A DNA stretch of 64,000 nt. Source: a virus. Below are positions 8,824-18,255 of this stretch, in pieces. The position numbers were made by a program, and so were the translations under genes. Numbering within the stretch: position 1 is the stretch's first letter; each line of letters starts with the position of its first letter. The notes beneath the pieces were generated by a model. That model made no database searches. It was not told the origin of the DNA and saw only the letters and a list, made by a program, of their open reading frames with translations. The stretch spans positions 1 to 64,000 of IMG/VR virus record IMGVR_UViG_3300022744_000026; one strand, written 5' to 3'.

Positions 8824-10227
8824 ATGAGATTTGGAAGCGTGTGCAGCGGCATTGAGGCCGCATCTGTCGCATGGGGATCACTCGGATGGCGCGCGGCTTG
8901 GCTGGCGGAAATCGAGAAGTTCCCCTCCGCAGTGCTCGCACATCACTACCCGGATGCACCCAACCTGGGCGACATGACGGCGCTGCCGGATCGCATCCGG
9001 TCAGGAGAAATCGAGGCGCCGGACGTGTTCTGCGGCGGCACGCCTTGTCAGGCGTTCAGCGTGGCCGGCATGCGCCGCAGCCTGGACGACGCTCGCGGCA
9101 ACCTGTCGCTCACCTTCTGCACCATCGCCAATGAAATCGACGCAATTCGATCTGTTCGAGACGAGCAACCCTGCATCGTCTTTTGGGAAAACGTCCCAGG
9201 AGTCCTCAGCACCAAAGACAATGCATTCGGCTGCTTTCTGGCGGGACTTGCCGGCGAGGAGCTTCCACTACTCCCGCCAGGGGGTAAATGGACAAACGCA
9301 GGTGCTGTGTTTGGTCCCGCGCGAACAGTCGCGTGGCGGGTCACTGATGCCCAATATTTCGGAGTGGCCCAACGACGCCGTCGTGTGTTCGTTGTCGCAA
9401 GTGCTCGAAAGGGGTTCGATCCCTGCGCGGTACTTTTTGAGTTCGACGGCGTGCGCAGGGATACTGCGCCGAGCCGAGAAGCGGGGGAAGGCGCTGCCGG
9501 TGGCGCTGGAGCAGGCGCTACGTTCGGTTGCGAAGGCATAGGCGCCTACGCCACCAGCGCCACCAGCGCCACCAGCGCCACCAGCGCCACCAGCGCCACC
9601 AGCGCCACGCTACTAAAGACCGGGCAGGACTTGGGGCCTGGTTGCGAGGCTCTGGTGAGTGCGTATGGCGGCAACAACACCACCGGCCCCATTGATGTGG
9701 CGACCGCACGAAATGCGTGCGCCAGCGCCAGCGGTCGGATGGACTTCGAGTCTGAGACGTTCTTGGTGCAGGCCGCCGAGTGCATCACTGGCGCTGTCAC
9801 CCACACACTGAAGGCGGACGGGTTTGAGGCGTCGGAGGATGGGACTGGGCGGGGGGGGCCGATGGTGCGCAGCATGGGGCATGACGGCAGTCATGCGAAT
9901 GGTGGTGGTCAGGTGGCGGTGGCGTTTCAATCCAGTCAGTCCGGCGTTAGATTCGGCGACGCTCATGCAACGCTTGATAGCAACAACGGGAGCAGGCGCC
10001 ACAACGGCGTTGCAACCGCCATGCAAGTCCGCCGCCTGACCCCCATGGAATGCTGCCGCCTGCAGGGCTTCCCCGACGATTACCTGAGCCAGGTCACATG
10101 GCGCGGCAAGTGCCCGCCACCAGACGGGCCGATGTACAAGGCGCTCGGCAACTCCTGGGCTGTGCCGAACGTGGCGTGGATCGGCCGTCGCATTGTGGCT
10201 GAGCTGGAGCGCGGCAATGAGGCTTGA
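8824..10227 (+). CDS. DNA cytosine-5 methyltransferase
   Basis: Motifs SVCSGIEA, GGTPCQAFS, WENVPG, QRRRRVF, RRLTPMECCRLQGFPD, ALGNS. Confidence 0.95.
   Translation: MRFGSVCSGIEAASVAWGSLGWRAAWLAEIEKFPSAVLAHHYPDAPNLGDMTALPDRIRSGEIEAPDVFCGGTPCQAFSVAGMRRSLDDARGNLSLTFCTIANEIDAIRSVRDEQPCIVFWENVPGVLSTKDNAFGCFLAGLAGEELPLLPPGGKWTNAGAVFGPARTVAWRVTDAQYFGVAQRRRRVFVVASARKGFDPCAVLFEFDGVRRDTAPSREAGEGAAGGAGAGATFGCEGIGAYATSATSATSATSATSATSATLLKTGQDLGPGCEALVSAYGGNNTTGPIDVATARNACASASGRMDFESETFLVQAAECITGAVTHTLKADGFEASEDGTGRGGPMVRSMGHDGSHANGGGQVAVAFQSSQSGVRFGDAHATLDSNNGSRRHNGVATAMQVRRLTPMECCRLQGFPDDYLSQVTWRGKCPPPDGPMYKALGNSWAVPNVAWIGRRIVAELERGNEA
9131..9541 (+). CDS. Nested alternative-frame ORF resembling an M.EcoHK31I beta-type methyltransferase subunit
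   Basis: CSLSQVLE...RYFLSSTACAGILRRAEKRGK.LP..LE lies wholly inside the MTase gene in another frame. Confidence 0.7.
   Translation: MKSTQFDLFETSNPASSFGKTSQESSAPKTMHSAAFWRDLPARSFHYSRQGVNGQTQVLCLVPREQSRGGSLMPNISEWPNDAVVCSLSQVLERGSIPARYFLSSTACAGILRRAEKRGKALPVALEQALRSVAKA
9550..9608 (+). repeat. 9-bp tandem repeat (GCCACCAGC)x6 plus a partial copy, encoding (ATS)6
   Basis: Read directly from the sequence. Confidence 0.95.
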
Positions 10228-11794
10228 CCCGAGCCGCTACCCGGCCGTCCCTATCGCGCAATCTGTGACACTGCGAGACTATCAAGAGGGCTTTGTTTCC
10301 AAGGTCCGTGAACTGTTCGCGTCTGGGAGGTCGGCGCCACTGCTGGTGGCGGCCACCGGATCTGGAAAAACTGTTGTTTTCAGCTACATCGCCCGCAGCG
10401 CTGCCACCCTCGGCCGCCGCGTCCTGATCCTCGCCCACCGCGACACCCTCATCAAGCAGGCCAGCCGCAAGCTCACCGACTACGGCGTCGAGCATGGCGT
10501 CATCATGGCCGGCTTCACGCCGCAGCATCACTGCCGTGTTCAGGTCGCCAGCGTGCAGACCATCGTGCGGCGGCTGGATAAGTTGCCGTACCGGTTTGAT
10601 CTGGTGGTGATCGATGAGGCGCACCTGAGTGCGGCCAAGAGCTATCTCACCATCGTCGCCAAGCTGCGCGAGTCGAATCCAAAGCTGAAGATCCTCGGCG
10701 TCACCGGGTCACCAGTCCGTCTGGATGGCAAGGGGCTGGGGTCGCATGCTGGTGGGCTGTTCGATGACCTCGTGGAGGGCATCAGCATCAGAGACCTCAT
10801 CGATCAGGCGTATCTGGTGCAGCCGGCTGTCTTCGCGCCGGCCGAGCAGGTCGACTTGTCGCAGGTGAAAAAGGTCGGCGGCGACTACGACAGTGGCGCT
10901 CTGGCTGAGGTGATGGATCGCCCCATGATCACCGGAAGCGCTATCGACGCCTGGCGCAAGCACTGCCCAGGCGTGCCGGCCGTCGCCTGGTGCGCCAACG
11001 TGGCTCACGCGCAGCACGTGGCGGCCGAGTTCACGGCGGCCGGCATCCCCGCCGTGGCGCTGTCAGGCGATGACGACGGCGCTGAGCGCGAGCGCGCGCT
11101 GGCTGGGCTGGCATCTGGCGCTATCAAAATTATCACTTTTGCGATGCTTTTGGTCGAGGGGGTCGACCAGCCGGCCATCGGCGCAGTGATCCTGCTGCGC
11201 CCCACCATGAGCCTGAGCAGCTATCTGCAGGTGATCGGTCGCGGCCTGCGCACGATCTACGCGCCGGGCATGCCGATCGCCACGGTCGAGCAGCGGCGAG
11301 CAGCCATCCTGGCGGGGCCGAAGGGCGCGAAGTGCTACGTGCTGGACCACGCGGGGCTGACGTTCAAGCACGGGTTTGCTGACGACATCCGCGAATGGTC
11401 GCTGGATGGTGTGGTCAAGAAAAAGGGGAAGAAAAAAGACCCGAAGGAGGAGGGGCCGGCGGTGGCGCAGTGCCCGAAGTGCTACCACGTCCACCCCAAG
11501 GCGCCGGTCTGCCCATCCTGCGGCCACGTCTACGAGGTCCGCGGCGGCTCACCAGAGCATGTCGACGGTGAACTGGCCGAGATCACGCCAGAGATGCGCG
11601 CGCAGATGGCTGCGGTCAGGAAGACCGAGATCAAGAAAGCCAAGACCCTCGAAGACCTCCTGCGCATCGAAAAGGAGCGCGGCTACAAACCCGGCTGGGC
11701 GCAGGCCACGCACACGGCGAAGGCGCGCATCCGCGAGAAGTATCGCCGGCCGGAGCCGCCGTTGTCGGCTTATGAGAATGACTTCCGCCGCTGA
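10217..11794 (+). CDS. SF2 DEAH helicase with C-terminal Zn ribbon (RadD/YejH-like)
   Basis: LRDYQ, ATGSGKT, DEAH, TGSP, QVIGRGLR, CPKC...CPSC. Confidence 0.93.
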   Translation: MRLDPSRYPAVPIAQSVTLRDYQEGFVSKVRELFASGRSAPLLVAATGSGKTVVFSYIARSAATLGRRVLILAHRDTLIKQASRKLTDYGVEHGVIMAGFTPQHHCRVQVASVQTIVRRLDKLPYRFDLVVIDEAHLSAAKSYLTIVAKLRESNPKLKILGVTGSPVRLDGKGLGSHAGGLFDDLVEGISIRDLIDQAYLVQPAVFAPAEQVDLSQVKKVGGDYDSGALAEVMDRPMITGSAIDAWRKHCPGVPAVAWCANVAHAQHVAAEFTAAGIPAVALSGDDDGAERERALAGLASGAIKIITFAMLLVEGVDQPAIGAVILLRPTMSLSSYLQVIGRGLRTIYAPGMPIATVEQRRAAILAGPKGAKCYVLDHAGLTFKHGFADDIREWSLDGVVKKKGKKKDPKEEGPAVAQCPKCYHVHPKAPVCPSCGHVYEVRGGSPEHVDGELAEITPEMRAQMAAVRKTEIKKAKTLEDLLRIEKERGYKPGWAQATHTAKARIREKYRRPEPPLSAYENDFRR

Positions 11795-11831
11795 GCGGCA
11801 CAACTGAGCGGGTGACCGCAAGAAAGAGACC

Positions 11832-12302
11832 ATGGCTAGCTTAAATTCCTGTTCGTTCATCGGCAATATCGGCCGAGACCCCGAGACCAAGACGTTCCAG
11901 AACGGCGACAAGATCACCAACGCCAGCATCGCGTGCACCGAGACGTGGAAGGACAAGACCTCCGGCGAGCGCAAGGAGCGCACCGAGTGGGTCAGCCTGG
12001 TGTTCACCGGTGGGCTGGCCGACGTGGCGGGGCAATACCTGCGCAAGGGCTCGCAGGTCTACGTGTCGGGAAAGTTCACCACGCGCAAGTGGACGGACAA
12101 GGATGGCGTCGATCGCTACTCGACGGAGATCCGCGTGGGCGAGCTGGTGATGCTGGGCAAGCCGGGTGAGTCGGCTGGCGGTGGTGGCGGGCAGGCGGCG
12201 CCGCAGCAGCGCCAGGCGGCGCCGGCTCAGCAGCGGCAGGCGGCGGCTCCGCAGCGCCAGCAGCAGCGGCCGATGGATGACGACAGCGACGTACCCTTCT
12301 GA
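11832..12302 (+). CDS. ssb: Single-stranded DNA-binding protein
   Basis: IGNIGRDPE, ERTEW, YLRKGSQVYVSG, C-terminal DDDSDVPF. Confidence 0.97.
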   Translation: MASLNSCSFIGNIGRDPETKTFQNGDKITNASIACTETWKDKTSGERKERTEWVSLVFTGGLADVAGQYLRKGSQVYVSGKFTTRKWTDKDGVDRYSTEIRVGELVMLGKPGESAGGGGGQAAPQQRQAAPAQQRQAAAPQRQQQRPMDDDSDVPF

Positions 12303-12310
12303 GGTCTGAC

Positions 12311-12622
12311 ATGACCCGCAAATACAGCCACTACTTCCGCCCCATCCCACCCGGCGTCACTGCCATCGACCTCTACCGCGTCGCGGAGATGTTCGAGATC
12401 ACGGACCAGTGCCTGTTCCATGCGCTCAAGAAGATCGTCGCGGCCGGCAAGCGCGGCAGCAAGACGGTCGGGCAGGACGTGCAGGAGGCCATCGACTCGC
12501 TGGTGCGGTGGCAGGAGATGAGGGGGGAGGAGGTGCCGACTGCGTCTGGCGCAGTCGAGCAGAGCGTGGCCGGTGGCGCTGCGACGTGGGTGGCACCGGA
12601 CGTCAACTATGTCTCGCCTTGA
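12311..12622 (+). CDS. Conserved phage protein (possibly DUF3310-like)
   Basis: IDLYRV..HALKKIVAAGKRGSK...QDVQEAIDSL. Confidence 0.55.
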   Translation: MTRKYSHYFRPIPPGVTAIDLYRVAEMFEITDQCLFHALKKIVAAGKRGSKTVGQDVQEAIDSLVRWQEMRGEEVPTASGAVEQSVAGGAATWVAPDVNYVSP

Positions 12623-13052
12623 AGCCCCCAACCAGCGCGCGATCTGGCTCGCCACAGCGGCCCTGGCCGGCACCGTGCTGTTCCGCTGCAACAGCGGCAA
12701 GGCCTGGCTCGCCAGTGGCGGCAAGCCGCAGAGGCTGCAGGACGGCACCGTGCTGCTGCCTGGCGGCAGGCCAGTTGCGCTGGGCCTCGCGCTCACCAGC
12801 GGCGAGCCCGTCGTAGGGCAGTCTGACCTGATCGGCTGGCGGTCCATCGTCATCACGCCAGACATGGTCGGGTGCCGCGTCGCGGTCCTCACGGCCATCG
12901 AGTGCAAGCGCGAGAAGGGCGGCATCGTCACGCCCGACCAGCTTCATTTCGTGCAGCAGGTCACGCGCGCTGGCGGGATTGCCGGCGTCGCGCACTCTGA
13001 ATCTGTTGCGCAGGCGCTCATCCGCGACTGGAAGCCCATCCGCGTCGCATAG
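12609..13052 (+). CDS. VRR-NUC family nuclease
   Basis: LFRCNSG, GQSDLIG, AIECK, Q..F...V...GGIAGV. Confidence 0.85.
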   Translation: MSRLEAPNQRAIWLATAALAGTVLFRCNSGKAWLASGGKPQRLQDGTVLLPGGRPVALGLALTSGEPVVGQSDLIGWRSIVITPDMVGCRVAVLTAIECKREKGGIVTPDQLHFVQQVTRAGGIAGVAHSESVAQALIRDWKPIRVA

Positions 13053-13060
13053 ACTCAATC

Positions 13061-13087
13061 CCCCGGCCTAGCGCCGGGGTCTTCTTT
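13061..13087 (+). terminator. Probable intrinsic terminator/attenuator
   Basis: CCCCGGC-CTAGC-GCCGGGG followed by TCTTCTTT. Confidence 0.55.
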
Positions 13088-13163
13088 CGCGCGGGGTGGG
13101 TGGCCACCCGTGCCGGCCTACACCGGTAAACCCCGCGCACCTTTTTCCTGTAGGGGAACAGAT

Positions 13164-15962
13164 TTGTCAGACGTCACACTCGATATTGCTGAGTCAGCTT
13201 TGCAGGCGGTGTCGCCTGACTGTGACCGGAGAGAGTGGGCCCGAATGGCGCTGGCCATGTATGACGAGTTCGGCGACGCCGGGTTCGATGCGTGGGATCG
13301 GTGGAGCCAGGGTGGCAGCTGTTACAACGAGAAGGACGCCCGGTCGACGTGGCGGTCGTGCGCGAGGGCCGGCGGTGCGGTGCGGGTCACCATCTCGGCG
13401 GTCATATGGGCTGCGCAGAACGTCGGCTGGCGCATGCCGAACACCACGCGCGGCACGTCGCGGGCGGATGACGTCGAGCGGCTCGCGAGGGTGCGGCAGG
13501 CGATGGAGCGCGAGCGCGAGGAGCGGCGTCGCGCGCAGGATGCCGCTGTCGCCGAGGACCAGGCCGCCGCCGCCGCGCTGGCGAAGTCGATATGGGATGC
13601 CGCCAAGCCGGCGCCAGCCGATCACCCGTATCTAGTGCGCAAGGGTATCCCTGCGGAAGGGCTGCGCATCGGCGAGTGGAATGCCGACTATGTGACCGAT
13701 GACGGCGAGGTGGTCCGCCGCCGCGTGTCTGGTGCGCTGATCATCCCGATTTGGGCCGGACCCGGCCGACTGTCGAGTCTGCAGGGCATCTTCCGCGATG
13801 CATCCAACAAGCTCAAGCGCGACCGCGACTACTTGCGCAACGGGCGCAAGCAGGGCTGCTATACGGTCCTGGGCAGGATCACTGCCGACACCCACACCGT
13901 GGGCATCGGCGAGGGCTACGCGACCTGCTACAGCGTGCACGCGGCGATGGGCTGGCCTGTGGTGGTGGCGTTCGACGCCGGCAACCTCATGGCGGTGGCG
14001 CAGGCTCTGCGCGCCAAGCTGGGCGGCTGCCGCATCATCCTGGCGGCGGACAATGACCAGTGGCATGGCGACGGCAAGAATCCCGGCGTCGAGTCAGCCA
14101 AGCGCGCAGCCGAGGCGGTGGCTGGCATGTTGGTTGTCCCGGAGTTCGACCCCACCGAGCCCGGCGAGCCGACCGACTGGAATGACCTGGCGCAGAAGTC
14201 AGGGCTTGCCGCGGTGGTCGCGCAGTTCGACCTGGCGCTGAACCCGCCCGCCGCGCCGCCAGCGCCGGCCGTGCCCAGCGAGCCGCCGACTCTGCCGCCG
14301 CCACCGATGCCGGTGGCCGGCGACGAGCCGGACATGGAGCGCAACGGGTACTTCTCGGTCCTGGGGTATGACCACGACACCTATTACCTGTTCCAGCACG
14401 AGCGCCGGCAGATATCGAGGTACACCAAGGGCGACTTCGGCAAGGCTGGCCTGATCGAGCTGGCGCCGCTGAACTGGTGGGAGACATACTTCCCCGGCAA
14501 GCAGGGCCTGGACGCCAGTGCTGCCATGAACTGGCTCATCCGCGTGGCGGCGCGCCGCGGCATCTACGACATCAGCCGGATTCGCGGGCGCGGCGCGTGG
14601 ACGGACGACGGGCGCATTGTCTACCACCACGGCAGCAGTCTGACGGTGGACGGACAGGTGACGGATGTGACGCGGATTGTGAGCCGGTATGTCTACGAGC
14701 TGGACCGGCCGCTGCCGGATCCGGCGCCGGAGATGCTGACCAGCGATGAAGGCGAGGCGATCCTCGACCTGGCGATGAAGTTCAGGTGGTCGAAGCCTGG
14801 GAGCGCTGCGCTGGCGGCTGGATGGGCTGCGCTGGCGCCTGTTTGCGGGGCGCTGAAGTGGCGTCCGCATGTCTGGTTGGCGGGTGGCCCGGGGTCCGGG
14901 AAATCAACAGTTCTTAACGATTTTTTGTTTTTCCTTACAGGCGGACTGGCTTTGTTCGCACAAGGCAACTCGACCGAGGCCGGCATCCGCCAGTCCCTGC
15001 GCGCGGATGCGCTGCCAGTGCTCTACGACGAAAGCGAGCAGAACACCGATCAGGAGCGACACCGTGTGCAGGGCATCATCGCCCTGATTCGCCAGAGTTC
15101 AACCGAATCTCAGGCGCGCACACTGAAGGGCACGGCCGGCGGCGAGGCCAGCGCGTACCACATCCGCAGCATGTTCTGTCTCGCCTCCATCCAAGTCGGC
15201 CTGCGCAACCAGGCCGACACCGAACGCATCAGCCAACTCAACCTGCGCCCGAAGCACGAGGACCGAGACCCGGCCGCGACGTGGGCGGCGCTGTCGAAGG
15301 CGCTGGCGGCTCTGCGCGCCGACAAGGAACTGCCCGCCAGGCTGCTGCGCCGCTCGATCGACCTGCTGCCGGTGACACTGCAGAACATCGGCGTATTCAG
15401 TCGGGCCGCCAGCGAGCGGTTTGGCAGCGTGCGCGACGGCGACCAGTACGGGACATTGCTGGCGGGCGCATGGTCGCTGCAGTCCACAGAGGTTGCCGGG
15501 CATGACGAGGCGCTGGAGTGGATCGACCGATACGACTGGAGCGAGCACCGAGACCAGGCGGATGGCGACACCAGCGAGGATGCCCTTGCCGCCCTGCTGG
15601 AGCGCCGTGTGCGCGTGTCTGGCAGCATCGAGGCCACGGTGTACGAGTTGATCCGCGAGGCGCGCGGACAGTCGAACAACGGCCTGGACATCGGCAAGTC
15701 GATCGCCGAGGCTACGCTGACGCGCCATGGCATGCGCTTCACGCCGGACTGGCTGGTGTTCGCCAACAAGAGCCTTGGCCTGACCGAACTCATGCGCGGC
15801 ACGCCATACGAGCAGGACATGCGCGGCCTGCTGCTGCGCATCAAGGGCGCAGACCGCAACGACAACCAGCCGATGTCGATCAACGGCACGGCCACCAAGG
15901 TGGTTAGGGTGCCGCTGACGCGAGTGCTGGGGCAGCAGCGGTATCTGGACGAGCCGTTCTAG
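13164..15962 (+). CDS. Primase-helicase (PriCT-2-like + TOPRIM + P-loop ATPase)
   Basis: WARMALA..WDRWS; HPYLVRKG; GEGYAT, AFDAGNL, ADND, DWND; GGPGSGKS, YDESE; likely TTG start at 13164 after AGGGG. Confidence 0.9.
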   Translation: MSDVTLDIAESALQAVSPDCDRREWARMALAMYDEFGDAGFDAWDRWSQGGSCYNEKDARSTWRSCARAGGAVRVTISAVIWAAQNVGWRMPNTTRGTSRADDVERLARVRQAMEREREERRRAQDAAVAEDQAAAAALAKSIWDAAKPAPADHPYLVRKGIPAEGLRIGEWNADYVTDDGEVVRRRVSGALIIPIWAGPGRLSSLQGIFRDASNKLKRDRDYLRNGRKQGCYTVLGRITADTHTVGIGEGYATCYSVHAAMGWPVVVAFDAGNLMAVAQALRAKLGGCRIILAADNDQWHGDGKNPGVESAKRAAEAVAGMLVVPEFDPTEPGEPTDWNDLAQKSGLAAVVAQFDLALNPPAAPPAPAVPSEPPTLPPPPMPVAGDEPDMERNGYFSVLGYDHDTYYLFQHERRQISRYTKGDFGKAGLIELAPLNWWETYFPGKQGLDASAAMNWLIRVAARRGIYDISRIRGRGAWTDDGRIVYHHGSSLTVDGQVTDVTRIVSRYVYELDRPLPDPAPEMLTSDEGEAILDLAMKFRWSKPGSAALAAGWAALAPVCGALKWRPHVWLAGGPGSGKSTVLNDFLFFLTGGLALFAQGNSTEAGIRQSLRADALPVLYDESEQNTDQERHRVQGIIALIRQSSTESQARTLKGTAGGEASAYHIRSMFCLASIQVGLRNQADTERISQLNLRPKHEDRDPAATWAALSKALAALRADKELPARLLRRSIDLLPVTLQNIGVFSRAASERFGSVRDGDQYGTLLAGAWSLQSTEVAGHDEALEWIDRYDWSEHRDQADGDTSEDALAALLERRVRVSGSIEATVYELIREARGQSNNGLDIGKSIAEATLTRHGMRFTPDWLVFANKSLGLTELMRGTPYEQDMRGLLLRIKGADRNDNQPMSINGTATKVVRVPLTRVLGQQRYLDEPF

Positions 15963-16219
15963 CAGTGGCCTCGGCTACTGGGCGGGGGCTTGGCTGGCGC
16001 CGGTGGCGGTGCTGGCGCCAGCCCTCGGCGCTTGTGGAATAGGCCGATCCGGTCCCGGATATCGGCCACGCACTGATCGCCCGTCGCTATGCTCGGGCAC
16101 GCCTGGCGGTACTCGCTGCCGGAGTACGCGCGGACCACCACCTCCCTAGAGTCCGGCGCGTACCACACGGACTCAATGGCGCTGTAAAAAACAACCACGT
16201 CATTGATCTTGAGCCACAT
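15959..16219 (-). CDS. Hypothetical protein
   Basis: 86-aa convergent ORF. Confidence 0.5.
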   Translation of the reverse strand: MWLKINDVVVFYSAIESVWYAPDSREVVVRAYSGSEYRQACPSIATGDQCVADIRDRIGLFHKRRGLAPAPPPAPAKPPPSSRGHC

Positions 16220-16251
16220 GCGATATTTTTGCCGAATACGGGCGGTGGCGG

Positions 16252-16289
16252 AAACAAAAAAGCCCCGCGTGGGGGCTTGTTGTTTTTGA
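16252..16289. terminator. Bidirectional intrinsic terminator
   Basis: A-tract, AAGCCCC/GGGGCTT stem, T-rich tract. Confidence 0.7.
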
Positions 16290-16294
16290 GGGTT

Positions 16295-16651
16295 CTATGG
16301 CCCTGGCTGGCTGGTTGTTGGCGCGCTGGCAGCCCGTATCTGCCTGACCCTGGCCTCAGTTACCCCCGCCTCCAGCGCGGCCGACGTCGCCGTGCCACCC
16401 TGCTCCAGCAGGTGCAGCACCAGTTCCCGCGTCGACTCCGCGCGCTGGCGGGCTTTGATGCCTCGCTCGACCCGGCCGGCGCATTCCTTCACGCGAGCGG
16501 GTCCGATCGCCTTGACCACCGAGTCCACCAGTTCATAGGTCGACCAGCGGTGCCCATCGGCGCACTTGTAGCGGCGCCAGACGCCGTATTCCATGGTCCG
16601 GGTCTCAAGCACGCGCGACGTGGTGAGCCCGCAGGTTGTGCAGCGCATCAT
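16295..16651 (-). CDS. NrdR-N-like Zn-ribbon plus HTH protein
   Basis: MRCTTCG...SRVLETR...RRYKCADGHRWSTYE; C-terminal AALEAGVTEARVRQI. Confidence 0.7.
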   Translation of the reverse strand: MMRCTTCGLTTSRVLETRTMEYGVWRRYKCADGHRWSTYELVDSVVKAIGPARVKECAGRVERGIKARQRAESTRELVLHLLEQGGTATSAALEAGVTEARVRQIRAASAPTTSQPGP

Positions 16652-16953
16652 AGGAGTCGAGCGATTTCGCTGGTGAGCGTGGCGTCTTGGTCCGCGAGCC
16701 CGATCAGGCGCAGGAACCCCAAATAGCTCATCGAGCCGCGCTTTTGGTTGCACGGCAGGCATGACAGTACAAGGTTGCTGGACTCGTTGCCGCCGCCCTC
16801 GCAGATGGGTTTGATGTGGTCGAGTGTGATGCGACGACGGTGCACCACAACATCGCAGTAGTGGCACGGCGCCTCGCGCCGGCCGTCCATCAACACGTCG
16901 AGCTGGTTTTTCCGCTCGCCGATGCTCCATGGCTTCGTTGCGCGGTGAGACAT
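16648..16953 (-). CDS. HNH endonuclease
   Basis: CHYC...TLDHIKP..GG.N..SNLVLSCLPCNQKRG. Confidence 0.9.
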   Translation of the reverse strand: MSHRATKPWSIGERKNQLDVLMDGRREAPCHYCDVVVHRRRITLDHIKPICEGGGNESSNLVLSCLPCNQKRGSMSYLGFLRLIGLADQDATLTSEIARLL

Positions 16954-16955
16954 GT

Positions 16956-17273
16956 CTATGACTGCTTGCAGGGGTAGGCTGCCACCAGCCCGCGCATGAT
17001 GATGGGCGCTGCGGGGGCGTAGGGGCCTTCCTTTGAGTTGACCAGCGCGCGCTTGGCGGTGTTCATCGCCATGGCCAGCGTGGTGCCTTGAGGAGCGCAG
17101 ATCAGGAACCCGACTGCGGCATCCCACAGGCCGGCGACGTAGCCCATGGAGTCCACGAACTGCGGACTGGGCGGCTGGCTCATGTTGAACAGGACTTCGC
17201 CCGCTGAGCGGAACTGCGCGCTGGCTGTGGCGCAGGACAGGGCCAGGGTGGCGGCGATGAGGGTGGATTTCAT
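16956..17273 (-). CDS. Exported Rap1a/Tai-like immunity-family protein
   Basis: Signal peptide; GYVAGLWD...ICAPQGTT...A..IIMRGLVAAYPC. Confidence 0.65.
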   Translation of the reverse strand: MKSTLIAATLALSCATASAQFRSAGEVLFNMSQPPSPQFVDSMGYVAGLWDAAVGFLICAPQGTTLAMAMNTAKRALVNSKEGPYAPAAPIIMRGLVAAYPCKQS

Positions 17274-17277
17274 GGAG

Positions 17278-17514
17278 TCACTTTCTACCGCACAACCGGC
17301 GCGCGGTGTCCGCCTTGTGAGCGGGGTTGTCGTTGCCAAACCACCAGGCGGTGCAGATTTCGCCGCGCTCGGCAGTCGAGAGGAGCGCCTTGGCCGGCGC
17401 GGGTTTTGGCGCAATGCAGGCGCTGGCGGCGCCGTGCTGGCGGCCATCGGCTTGCCCGATCAGGTAGGCCGTCCAGCCGACCACCACGGCTGCGAGCAGG
17501 TGGCGGATGCGCAT
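17278..17514 (-). CDS. Small membrane-anchored protein
   Basis: N-terminal hydrophobic segment, CTAWWF. Confidence 0.55.
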   Translation of the reverse strand: MRIRHLLAAVVVGWTAYLIGQADGRQHGAASACIAPKPAPAKALLSTAERGEICTAWWFGNDNPAHKADTARRLCGRK

Positions 17515-17515
17515 G

Positions 17516-17821
17516 TCAGGAGGCGCGCAGGGCCGCGGACGCGAGTGTGCTGGCGGTGCCGACGACGGCGGCCAAGCAGATGCCGAAGATGATCGACTCG
17601 AAGGGCGTGGCGGTGGCTTCGCAGCCGAGGCGGGCGCGCAGTCGTTCGGCGGTGGCCTTGGCGGACGCCTCCTCGCGCTCCAGGGTGGCGAGCAGTGCGG
17701 CGTGCGCCTCGCTGCCGGGGTCGGTCAGCAGCAGGTCGGCGCTGAGGTCGGTGATCTCGTCCTCCAGCAGGGAGAGCTTGAGGCGGTCTTTGAATGTGAT
17801 GATGCGGGTGAGGAGGTTCAT
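17516..17821 (-). CDS. Coiled-coil protein with C-terminal TM
   Basis: MNLLTRIITF... with hydrophobic C-terminus. Confidence 0.55.
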   Translation of the reverse strand: MNLLTRIITFKDRLKLSLLEDEITDLSADLLLTDPGSEAHAALLATLEREEASAKATAERLRARLGCEATATPFESIIFGICLAAVVGTASTLASAALRAS

Positions 17822-18255
17822 GGTGGGGCTGCTTGTGGGGAGGTGCCGCCAGCCGGGCGGCGCGGGTGGTCGCACTGGTCAGCCCCTGGGGGAGGGGCTG
17901 AGCGGTGGGATCAGGAGGCGCGGGCGATCAGAGTGTGCCGACAGGAGTACCCGTGTCGTGATAGATCCAGCCGCACAGCGTGCCAGGCTGGCGACGGATG
18001 ATCTTGCGGCAGCCGGGGCCGCCAGCCCACAGGATCGATGTGTAGTTGGCCTCTGCCGGTGGCCGGTGCGCTGCCTCGATCTGTGTGTACGCCTGCCTCA
18101 ACACTCGATCGAGTACGACGCTGGCGCGGTGCTGTTTGCGGGTCATGATGGGCTCCTTGGTTGGTTGCGTTGTTCGATGACTGAATTCTGCTACGCGCAG
18201 CCGTTCTTGTGTTGTTAGATTTACCTATGGCACCACTCACGCCAATGCACTCAGC

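Noticed and set aside
9550-9608. Tandem repeat as a possible CRISPR array
   Set aside because: 9-bp unit without spacers; no CRISPR array or cas gene seen in the window
12185-12270. CAGCAG/GCGGCG repeats in ssb
   Set aside because: Ordinary Gln/Ala/Pro linker of SSB
14900-14960. AT-rich patches inside the primase and helicase genes (also near 10365 and 11125)
   Set aside because: Reading frames intact and no shared motif found; cannot support a function
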